From Zygnema circumcarinatum SAG 698-1b (taxonomy: Eukaryota; Plantae; Zygnematophyceae), in NCBI GenBank assembly GCA_037447605.1, contig CM074804.1, forward strand, positions 5,061,909 through 5,125,908: a stretch of 64,000 nt of DNA. The letters run 5' to 3'. This document shows, one piece after another, positions 10,947 to 21,706 of this stretch. Position 1 is the stretch's first letter. Each line of letters starts with the position of its first letter. Made by a program: the position numbers and the translations under genes. The notes under the pieces were generated by a model. That model was given only the letters and a program-made list of their open reading frames with translations, ran no database searches and had not been told where the DNA came from.

Positions 10947-13900
10947 ATGGCGTCGGTTCCAACGGACATTCCTGAGGAGGAACGAGGAGGTATCCCCATT
11001 CCAAGGGGAATGACAACCATGGGGAGTTCAGCTGGAGACATGCCTGACCCCTCCCCTGCCGGCAGCCTCGGGCGCTCTCCGGCCGACAAGCATCTCTGGC
11101 GAATGAAGAGCCTGCGGAGGCTGTTCTCAATAGCAGACCGGTGAGTCTTACAGACTCTTCTCCAGCTTGTTAGGGGACCAGCTGCAGAGATGCGGTGGAA
11201 AAAACAATTGAATATAAAGAGAACGGTGCAGTTTTCTTGTTTCTTATTGAAATGTAGCTCACGTCCTAGCAGTAATTGGAACTAGTTCACATGAAAGTGG
11301 TTTGAAACCTATGTTATTGGCGTTTTTCATATAAGCCAGCGTTAACACGAGAGTGACTGCAATACATTGTGACATATTGTGTCGCACTTATTATAGTTGT
11401 CTGATTCCAAGAGCATAAATCTCAAAAGGTCTCGTTGGCTTAGGTGAATTTGAACTGGCAGCGACCCCGCTTATCAGCTTGAAGATACGGTGAGGGAGTC
11501 AATTGTGGAGCAATCAATGGAAGTGTTGCGTGCTAACGATTTAGGTGGCTATACCGTCCCAGCGAAAGGCCTCTACCCTTTCCAGGTAACTACTGCTTGT
11601 CCATTCTCCAAAGAGTTGACTCCCTTGCGAGCTGTTAGCAGCAGGACCACCATCAGTCCATGAACTTGGTAAAGTTTTCTTCAGTTTCACAGGTAAGTTA
11701 GCAAAGGGTGAATTTTGAACTCTCCTGCTTGTGCTGCTTGAGCCCCTCGGGTGACTGGTTAAAGACCTTAGTCTACATTCCTAACCCTCCTCTTCATTCA
11801 TTAGGAGGACTATGTTTGATATTTTTTTGGAAGCTCCATTGCCTGGCGATAGGCACAGTGTTCTTTGACGGAAAAAGCTTTGAGTTCACTTTCAGAAAGG
11901 GGATCGACAACCTTCTCCTCATTATGAACATAACGAAAAAGTTTGAAATTTGAAGTTTAAAGCTGTTTGCAGTTGTAATGAGAAAAGTTGAGCTGGGTTT
12001 GTTGAGCTATGAATGGGGAGGAGTTCTCCGCAGTGGAATTGGGACTCCGCCATCGTTGCAGCCGGATGGGCGGTGTTTGATGAACCCAGGGCTTGGGCCG
12101 AGGTGGAAACTCTGATGTCTGGCCAATGGGAGGACGGAATGGTTCCCTCCATCATATTTCACAAGGACTCTGATACCTACTTTCCAGGACCTGAGATTTG
12201 GGGTACGCCAGAAAATCCAAGTAGGACCACCGGTATTTCTCAGCCACCTGTAGCAGCTCTGTCTGTAAGATTTTTGTACGAGCATGCAGAGCAACTGGAA
12301 TTGGCGCGAGAGAAGATTGAGCTTCTGTTTCCTAAGCTGCTGGAAAGCCACCGCTGGTGGTACAAGGTGCGGCATCCCCATCTGCACTCTGCTGATTGAC
12401 TTTCCAACTGTAACTGTGCTTTGAATTGTTGAGTTGTTGACATTCTTTTCTGCAAGCACAACACATCTCTTTCTCTGAAGTTTGGTAATTTTGAATTTTT
12501 AGAGTATGCTGTATATGTACGTATTCTGTCCTTTTGAGTGCAGGCAAGAGATCCAAAGGGCACTGGCGTTGTGGCGATATTGCATCCATGGGAGTCAGGC
12601 ATGGACAACAGTCCTGCCTGGGATGATGCTATGCAGTTTCCTATAGGAAAGTTTCCCCCCTACGTTAGGCGTGACCTCACGCATGTGAATGCCGCAATGC
12701 GCCCCACCAAAGAGACATATGACCGTTACCTCACGCTACTATACCTGTAAGTGAAGGCTTTCCAAAGAGCTAGACTGAAGGTTTTTTGGATGCGGATAGT
12801 GATGCTTATTCTTGATTTTTTGGATAATGCCTGAATCTTTGTTACATGCGCAAGGCACTCCTTAACTAGCCTGTGGTGGAAATTGCTACTATTGTGTTGC
12901 ATTGCCTGTCGACATAGGCGAATGCCGTTGCCGAAAAGTGATGTTTAATGGTGAGAAAATCCATGCAAATACTTACTGGGATCGTTCACGAGCTCTGCAG
13001 ATTCAAAGAAGCAAACTCCTATGACATGAATCAGTTGTATGATATATCTCCGTTTAAGGTTGCGGACCTCTGCGTCAACTGCATTTTCTTCCGAGCCAAC
13101 AGGGATCTGCGCTGGTTGGCGTCAAAACTTGGCAAGGAGGATGTAGTCAAAGAGATTGACGGGTGGTTGGAGAAAGGATTTAAGGGCTTCATGCAGCTTT
13201 GGGATGAGGAATCCGGCATGTTTCTCTGCAAGGACCTCATCACAGGAAAGCTTCTCGATGCTCGTATTTCAGCGGGATTTTTGCCTCTCTTTGCAGGTGG
13301 GTCTCTGGTCATTGTTTGGAATTGCAGGAGCAGCAGTCATGCAGAGCTTGATTTTTCACCAGTCCTCGATCTTAATGACCTCGTATCTGCATCAGAAGCA
13401 AGAGCTTACTGCTTTCGAAAGTCATTCCTCTTGCTCATTAAACTGAGGCAGAGCATATGTTCGTCTACATCTGTACTTAGCAGATTTTCCATTTTCTCAC
13501 TTTGCCAATTTCCAAAGTTCTTTCTTGGTCTCTGGAAATTAATTTTACGGTGATCTCTGCAGGTGTTGCTACAAAGGAGCAAGCAGCGAGGATGGTGAAG
13601 GTGTTGGAGCGGTGGCTGAGCAAAGTCAAGTATGGGGTGCCTTCCATGGATCCCGACGACCCACGGTTTGAGCCTCTCCGCTACTGGCGGGGTCCCGTGT
13701 GGATTATCATCAATTGGATGATCTCCAACGGCCTCAAATTCTACGGGTGCACGAACTTTCTTGTTCTTCCTATTTTTTAAAAAATTGGCGAAAAAGGAAT
13801 GACTCCGAGAGGAGTGCCGGGAGAGAGAGTGTGTGTGTTAGAGAGATAGAACGATGGAGAATGGGAGGAACAGATTTATGTGAATTGGACTAGCTTTTGC

Positions 13901-14174
13901 TCGTTTCTGAACTTACGTGCCTACCATCTCCTCGCCCAGGTACAACAAACTCGCGGAGCGTGTCCGTGAAGACTCGGATGAGCTTACAAGCAAGTTTGGC
14001 CTCTTGGAGTACTTCAACCCTCTTACTGGGGAGGGAGCGGGTGGGCACGACTTCTCGTGGACGGCGTCCATGTGTCTTGCTTGGCTGGACCGCCCGGAGG
14101 CAGTCGCTATTGGCCACAAGATGACTGGAGACAAGAGGCATCTTCCAAAGTATGAACACGAGGTGTCACTGTGA
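10947..14174 (+). CDS. GH63 mannosylglycerate/glucosylglycerate hydrolase-like (MGH1-like), multi-exon
   Basis: Spliced motifs LRANDLGGYTVPAKGLYPFQ|WNWDSA, QWEDGMVPSIIFH, YFPGPEIWG, GISQPPV, HPWESGMDNSPAWD, YWRGPVWIIINW, EYFNPLTGEGAGGHDFSWTA are diagnostic of MgH/GgH-type GH63. Confidence 0.9.
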
Positions 14175-15038
14175 GGAGCGCAGGGGCGAGGCATCGGTAC
14201 AACTAGCGGGTTCAAGATAGGAAGTGATTGATCTCGGCAGCATTGACATGGTCGGCTCATTGTTTTCAAGCAAGGATGAAATTGAAGTGTTCAATTCGTC
14301 TATTTGTTCTATAGGTTCTATATGTAAGCTATGCCCGGTTATTTATTCGAAGGAAACTATTGTGTTCGCTGTTGCGGGGATGCAATTAGGCAAATCCCAA
14401 AGGAGAGAATCTACAGTTGTCACAGTTGTCTAGGTGTTGATATTAAATCAGGAAGTTGCTGCAGGATGATTCTCATTTTGCACACTTAAACATTGTTTGG
14501 TAAAGACCAATTGAATTCGAGTCGTATCTTTGTCAAGCTGTTGTTGTGAACAGCGCAAAAGAAGACAATCGCGGCGGCGAGACGCATGGGCTATGTCATG
14601 TGAATGGTTGTAGTGGCTTGCAAAAGTGAACTGTCAAACTGCAACTTGTACTGACCTGACCAGTTTTCACCCAGCATCCCTCCAGAAATTTGTACTGTGT
14701 ACGGAAGTCCTTGGTATGAGCTTGTAAGGATAGTCTTGGAAGAAACTAATTGCGGATGAAAACTGAAGTCCACAACAATAAAACATCGTATTGCATGCTA
14801 CGAGTATAATGCAAAGCCTCGCTGCCTCGTCTCCAGGACAAAATGTCTGCCAACTCTTTCCCACAAGCTCGAAACCAGAAACTGATAAAGATTGTTACTT
14901 AGAGCACGGAACTTAAAAGACAAGTAATGTACACTATGTAAACAGTAACCCCCTTCCCCTTCCCCTTCCCCCTCTCCCACCCGCCCCCACCCCCTCCCTC
15001 TCCCTCCCCCCCTCATCAAAACCTCTGGCCATGCTCCC

Positions 15039-15900
15039 TCAGGCAGCAGGCACACTCCCCTTCACTGGCAGCAACGGTGCAAGGCCGTGGTATGCCGTCT
15101 CGGGTGGCAGCCGGTGCGCACGGAGCGCGTTGTTGCTGCGTTGCCGGCGGGAGCAGAAGCACACGGCCGCCACCCCCGCGATCAGAAGGAGCGATATCCC
15201 CGTAACGTATGCAGTGTTCGCACAGTCCGATTCGCATGTCCAATCGTCAGGACCAACGCTCTCTGCTCCGCCTATTTCGCTCAGAAAAAGGCACAAAAAT
15301 AAATGATTTCTCAGCTCCGCAGCTTTCAAGTCGATTAGGTCATTGACTCTGCGTTGAGTGCGTGCGTGCGTGCGTGCGGCGTATTGGTGATTTCGGCAGG
15401 ACTTGCACACTGGGTTAGGTTTTCTGCCTAAGATTGAGAATCACAAAATGTACTCAATTGCGAAAAACAATGAAAGAGCCAAAGGATTAACGAAGCTTGT
15501 CTGGGCCGACATTGGCAGAAATAACTTTCAATGCTTGCTACCCTGAGGCATCCTCCTGCAGGAGAGGGCTGAAACGCACCCATAAACTCCGAAGCCAGTC
15601 TGAAGTGAGGACATAAAACAAGCCCATTACGGCCGAATCCCAAGATCCTGCTCCCGCAAGCCTGTGCACAATTGAAAGGAGCAAAGTGCCCTTGTGAGAT
15701 GCGACCCTTTTCATGGAGAAGCATAAAAAATTAACATATTAGAGTTTCCGGGACCACAAAGAACTGACCATACAGCTCCTAACACATCTCTGGTTGTCGT
15801 CCAGCGAGAGGCTCTCGCAAGCCGAGCAGTCACAGAGGGCTCCCATGACGCCTGCTACGAGAACGAACAGGAGAAGGATCGTACGGCCGCTCACAGCCAT
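15039..15900 (-). CDS. Orphan 148-aa type I membrane protein (signal peptide, Cys-rich ectodomain, one TM helix)
   Basis: Three exons, 15900-15769, 15661-15580 and 15271-15039, join in frame at GT-AG sites (phases 0 and 1); ATG in GCCATGG context; hydrophobic ILLLFVLVAGVMG and VTGISLLLIAGVAAVCFC followed by SRRQR. Confidence 0.65.
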
Positions 15901-16741
15901 GGAGACGCTAGAAGAAACGGGGGAGGGAGAGGAGCGAGCCGCCGCGAAATAAGCTCGGGCGTAGCCCTTCTTCTGAGTGCCGGTGGCGGCTCCCGTCACA
16001 TATGACGTCATTGCCCGATCGTACAGGACGGCGCCTGCCGGAATCGGTTGCCGTACGACCGGCGGCTTCAAGGAAATTAAAGGGTAGTGCTAAATTCACA
16101 CCTTTTTTGTCTAGACACAGACCTTTCTTCGCCGGGCAGATTCTATTTTAGAAAAAAATACTTCTTTTTCTCTTTAATACTTTTTTTCACACCTCTCTGG
16201 AATCGATACACACCTTGTTCCGTCGTGCAGATTTTATTTACTATCCGCTCGAAGCGGAGGATCCGTCCGCCACGAGATCGCTCGCAGGGCGTACGTCCTT
16301 CACACGTGCGTGTAATCTCAGCTGTCGATTCCATCGCAGATCGCACCAAGGCAGATCACCGTTCGATCTGCAGCTGGGCTCGGTCCCAGGCTCCCAGCGA
16401 ATGTCACGTGCCCACGTGTGCAGCCAAAGCCGGATCGCGCGTGCAGTGCGTTCGTCCCTCGGCCCAATATCTCCGCAAAATTGAGCGTGACCGGCCAGCC
16501 TGCGGCGGCTCGTAAATTGACAATTGGCAGCCAATCACCACCTGCCACGTGTTCTTCGTATGACGTGGTTGTGATTGGTTCATGCTCTCAATAGAGGGAG
16601 TCAGACATTGACCATGGCCAAATCAATTTAGTAAGCCTGTCGGGCGAATTAAGCATTGGCTAGGTAATTTCGGTACGGTTTTGTACGGCAGAGCCACGGA
16701 TCCTGACCCGGAATTCGTACACGAAAGTTTGACTTTTAGTA

Positions 16742-17224
16742 CAGTAGACCCCCCCAATATTTTCGCCATGGTTTCGGCAAATATTGGGCGAAAATATTGG
16801 GTAGCGAAAATATAAGGGTGTCCGTGTTAACAATAGGCGGGCGGTATTAGGTTGGAGTTAGTGTTTGTTCGTACGTATCGTATCGTATCGTATCGTATCG
16901 AAGCCACAAAGAAGAGAGGAACGAGCGCCTCTTACGGCGGCCCGTGCGGGAAGAGTCTTGAGCCCGTAACGGCTAGTACAGCTAGTACGGCTCGTAAGGT
17001 TAGTACAGTACGGCTAATACGGATAGTACGGATCTTAAGGCTAGCACAGTACGGTCAGTACGGTCAGTACGGTTCGTAAGGCTAGTACAGTACGGCTAGT
17101 ACGGTCAATACGGCGAGTACGGCTAACACAGCCTTACCGTACAAAAAAGTGGTTTTGGCAAAATCAGGGCGAAAATATTGGGTAGCGAAAATAAGAGGGG
17201 CGAAAATATTGGGGGGGTCTACTG
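16742..17224. mobile_element. Tc1/mariner-type MITE with TA TSD and an internal GTAC-rich tandem array
   Basis: 26-bp TIR CAGTAGACCCCCCCAATATTTTCGCC; TA on both sides (16740-41 and 17225-26); subterminal GCGAAAATA repeats. Confidence 0.9.
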
Positions 17225-17228
17225 TATA

Positions 17229-17888
17229 GGAGAATGATGGATGCTCCCCCTTTTTTTGATATCCTCTCCCCTGATTTCTTTTTGAGAGGCAAAAATATGT
17301 TAGTGTCTGCCCGAATCCGCTCGGAGCGGAAGATCCGTCCAGCTCGCACGAGCGAGTGCGAGCGTCCCTCGGCCCGAGATCTCCGGAAAACTATGAGCTG
17401 GACCGGCCAGCCTGATTTTTTTGGGAAAATTTACAGCCAATCATCATTCGCCACGTGTTTTTTTGTATGACGTAGCAAATTGTGATTGGTCTAGGCCCTC
17501 AATATTAACGGTATGTCGACTTTCCTCGAAGCTGTGACCGTACGACTTTGTACGAAACCGATTCGGTTACTTACATCCGTACGGACGCGTCCAGGCGCCA
17601 CCGCGTGCAGTTCGCGAACTTACCGTCTTACCGTCATACCGAGACACGTGGGCGCGTGCCATTCGCTGGGACCGAGACCGACTGCAGATCGAACGGTTGC
17701 CGTGGTGCGATCTGGGAGAGCGACAGCTGAGATTCACCGCAAGTGTGAAGGACGCGCGCACTCGCACGAGCAAGCTAGACGGATCTTCCGCTCCGAGCGG
17801 ATTCGGGCAGGCACTAACATATTTTTGCCTCTCAAAAAGAAATCAGGGGAGAGGATATCCAAAAAAGGGGGAGCGTCCATCATTTTCC
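17229..17888. mobile_element. Non-autonomous long-TIR (Mutator-like) element, inner member of the nest
   Basis: ~140 bp near-perfect TIRs (GGAGAATGATGGATGCTCCCCC... / ...GGGGGAGCGTCCATCATTTTCC); 8-bp TSD TTAGTATA / TTAGAATA recovered after removing the mariner MITE. Confidence 0.85.
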
Positions 17889-18714
17889 TTAGAATACTAA
17901 ATTCGGGAATTTAGTACGGCGATGGTCAGTGTCTGACTCCCATAATGTACGGTATTTCGCTTCTCCTCGAAGCTTTGGCCGTACGACGTTGTATGGACCC
18001 ACTTTGAGCCGGCTTTGGTGGGACACGTGGGCACGTGCCATTCGTTGGGACCGAGCCCTGCGCCAGACCTAACGGTGCCGTGGTGAAAATCGACGGCGAA
18101 GATTCTCCCGCATGTGTGAAGGACGCATACCCGCGAACGATCTCGTGGCGGACGGATCTTCCGCTCCGAGCGGATTCGGGCATGCCGATATTTTCCTTCT
18201 CTCAAAAAAAAGGAATTCAAGGGGGCGAGATAAAGAAAATGGGGCGACGGGGTACAATTTTCCTTGTTTTGCAAAAATAAAATCTGCCCGGCTGAACAAG
18301 GTGTGTATCGATTCAAAAAAGGTGTGAAAAAAGCATTTTCCGCTTTTAAACCTTTTTTGTCTATTTTAAAATCTGCCCGCTGAAAAAAAGGTGTGTGCCT
18401 AGACAAAAAGATGTGAATTTAGCACTACCCTGATTAAATCGCGTCCACACAGAGACTTTCCGACCTGGTCGAGTCGTTGAGCTGACGTGGCGCCACTGAA
18501 AACGATGTGGCATGCAGTTGGGCCACGTGGCACCGCCTAATAGGCCCAAGCACGCCGACAAGCTTGCCGGCGTTCGAGAGGTCGTACCTGATCCGTATGC
18601 CGGCCGGCAGAAAACCAGCAGGAAACCGGCGGGAAACCGGCAGGAAGTTTGTTGCTCGTCCTGCGGGGCAGGGCTGGGGTCGCGGGGCGGGGCAGGGACG
18701 GGCAGGCACGGGCC

Positions 18715-18760
18715 GGAGGGAGGGAGGGAGGGAGGGAGGGAGGGAGGGAGGGAGGGAGGG
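18715..18760. repeat. (GGGA)n microsatellite upstream of the PLAC8 gene
   Basis: About 11 uninterrupted GGGA/GGAG units. Confidence 0.9.
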
Positions 18761-18850
18761 GGAGAAAGCGCACGCACTCAGGGGGAGGGCCGGGGGGGGG
18801 GAAGGGGGGGGGCCGAGGGGAAGGGCGAGACTGCTTCTGGAGGGAGCCCC

Positions 18851-19958
18851 ATGGCGGCGGGAAGGGAGGACTTCTCGCAGGAGGGGCTCCTGGGGGGAAA
18901 AAGCATCCCGCCGGGCACGTGGAGCACTGGGCTGTGCGGCTGCTTCGAGGATATAGAAGTTTGTGAGTATGCAGGAGAGGTTCAAATGTGCGGTGGCCAT
19001 GATTCTATCGCGCACCTCTGTTTTTGTCTCTTTCTTTCCCAGTATGCAGCCTTCTCCTTCTTCGCCTCCTGCTTTTTTCCCTCCTCCCTTTATATTGCTC
19101 TCTCCACGTACCTGGATTTTCCTCCTATGCTCTCCATGAGTCTCTCCCCTTGCTCCCGTTTCTGTTTCCATCTCCCGCGCCTCCACTCGTTGTCCAATTC
19201 CGCTCTGCGGTATTATTGCAGGTTTTTGTACGTGTTGCTGCTGGTCCGTGACTGTCGGACAGGTCGCCGAGATCGCCTCAGACGGCCAAATAGGTCTGGT
19301 CCATCCCTCCCTCCCTCCCTCTCGTCCCCACTCTTTCTTTCCCTCCCCCCCCCTCTCCATGCCTATCGCTCTTCCTCTCTCTCACTTCCTCTCTCTCTCA
19401 CTCCTTTCGCCCTCCCCTCCCCTGTCCCCTCTCTCCTTCTCCACTCCCCTCACTCTGTCTGCCCCCCTTTCCCCTTTTCCTCCTCCCCCCCCCTCAACCT
19501 GACACGACCATCTGCACGCTTTCGACAGCCTCTAACCACCCTCCACATTCCGCCCTCCTTCAGGCTGCCTCACTGCCGGCCTTGCCACTAACTTAATCGA
19601 GCTCGTTGCGCCGCTGAGCTGCCTCTACGCCGCCATGTTCCGCCAGCGCCTGCGCGAGCGGTACAGCCTCCCTGCGGAGCCCTGCGGCGACTGCTGCCTG
19701 CACTTCTTCTGCAACCAGTGCGCGCTCTGCCAAGAGATGCGCGAGCTCAAATACCGCGGCTGGGACCCAACAATAAGTGAGTTTTTTGCGGTCTCTTTTG
19801 TAACATATATCTTCAATGTACTTTTACGTCACTGCCGAATCAACTTTTTTTTTTTCAATTTCTTATTTAAATGTTTGGATGCAGGTCATAGCGCCAATGT
19901 GCAAATTAGGCATGTTCGACAGCTTCAGTCGCCGCCAGCGCAGCAGATGAAGTTCTGA
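18851..19958 (+). CDS. PLAC8-family protein (Plant Cadmium Resistance / Cell Number Regulator-like), 4 exons
   Basis: WSTGLCGCFED, CFCTCCCWSVTVGQVAEI, RQRLRERYSLPAEPCGDCCLHFFCNQCALCQEMRELKYRGWDP and a C-terminal PPAQQM. Confidence 0.92.
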
Positions 19959-21706
19959 AGCTTCTGACTCCTTGGTGTCTTAGACAAACTCCCCAATCGT
20001 GAGATGAATTTCCTGCCCAACCATGTGCTTCTGTTTTTAGGGTCTTGAGGGAGAAGCGATGATTTTATTTGTCCGTTTGCCAAACGCAACATCTGGACAT
20101 GCTCGCTGTGGAAGCCAGGAGCCTGTCACGCTCTGTACCATACAGATTAGTTGGAGATAAGCCATCCTTCATGTCATTTTCTAACCTGTGTACGTTTGCC
20201 CTGCGTGTGTCCAATACATAACTATGCTTTAGTGATGTGTCGTGGGCTCATTTCAATGGCACGTGTATGACTTGTTGCCTTGTGCTGCTTGACAATGCTG
20301 CTGCATTAGTATGCCCGACTTGCTGAAGAAAGTGCCAACGTATTTTCTTACTTGCAGAAACTGCAACATTCTGTCGGTGTAGTAAATGATTGTCTGAAGC
20401 ACCTTTCATCGATGAAAATGTGACAGTTGTCAGGTTGAAGATGTGGAGCCATGTCGTAGCATCGCTTCATTGTGCATTTGTATGGTTGGAATTTTGTATG
20501 ACATTTTTTTTATGTGCGTGGCCTGTGTCTTTCCCAGTTGGGTGCTGTAGGATTACCAGGGTTTACAGAAACAAGAGGGCAGCACAAGTAATGTGTCTTC
20601 CACACATCAATGGACCATTGACATCCCATGGACCTAGTTGACAAACTAGTTACTACTAAACAGAAGCACATAGACGCAACAAGAAGCATACCTTCCTGAC
20701 GTCGTGTAAAACCTCTTTAAACAACGTCTTCTCTACAGCTGCAGCCCTCGTGAAGTTATTTAGTTATGGGCACAACCTAGGCCAACGAGAAAAGGTTCAA
20801 GCTGAAAGTCCCTGAAGCTTGCAACTTCCAGCACAGTGGTCGATTATCTCATCACTGTACTATAATACTACTACAGCCCAATAACAATGAGTGTTGATTT
20901 TGGGTTGAAGTCGAATAAAGCAACGTTTAAAACAGCGAGCAGTATCCTTAGCTAACATGAGAAGTATGTCTCAATAGCAGGATGGGGCCCCACTCATCCG
21001 TCGCTAGGGTGATATTGAGTGTGGGGGAATGAGTTCTGACATTTTCTGAACAATCAGTTTTTTTTGTTTATTTGCTTCTGTTATAATTTTATTTTTTGTT
21101 TTAAGGTATGGTTTTTAATGGGAAAGTCAGGTTTTGACAGCGATTTTGTCTGTATCTTCTTCCTGAGCTCAATCCTTCGGACCCTATACCAAATCTTTCC
21201 ATACCCATACCTTCAAATTAATTTTCTTAAACAATGTTTAACCCGACTGTGCGCAGAACCTGCGCTTTGACCGCCCTGCAGAGTGCCTCACATTAGGGCC
21301 AGTCTCGTTGAGCCAAACAAGTCTCACAACATGACACCACAGCGAACTGCTTACAGAGTCCTAACGGTTACAACTTCACGTAAGCATGTTATACACACTC
21401 TAACTCAATTATATAAAGACGTCGGACCAGCATTGCTTTCTTTTGCATGTAACATATGGTTCGATGAAAGCAGCTCACCAACTACAGACAATGAAGTACC
21501 AATAATCATAATAGCGGATAAGTAAACCTTCTTTCTATGGACAAACATTTCCTCAGAAATATTGAGAATGCGAATGCGCGAAAGCCTCCCAGCTTTTGGG
21601 CATAATGCGGCAGGTCCCTTACCGCTGCCAGACAGCGAAACATTTCCTTTGTGTCACGGTCCACGTTTGCAACAACTCCAATGTCAGGTCTGACAAGGTC
21701 TGAAGG

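Larger units (their letters stand above)
16082..18430. mobile_element. Non-autonomous long-TIR (Mutator-like/foldback) element, outer member of a nest
   Basis: Ends GGGTAGTGCTAAATTCACA / TGTGAATTTAGCACTACCC; arms remain alignable for ~350 bp (e.g. GAATCGATACACACCTTGTT and its reverse complement); flanks AAATTAAA / TGATTAAA (6/8 match). Confidence 0.75.
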
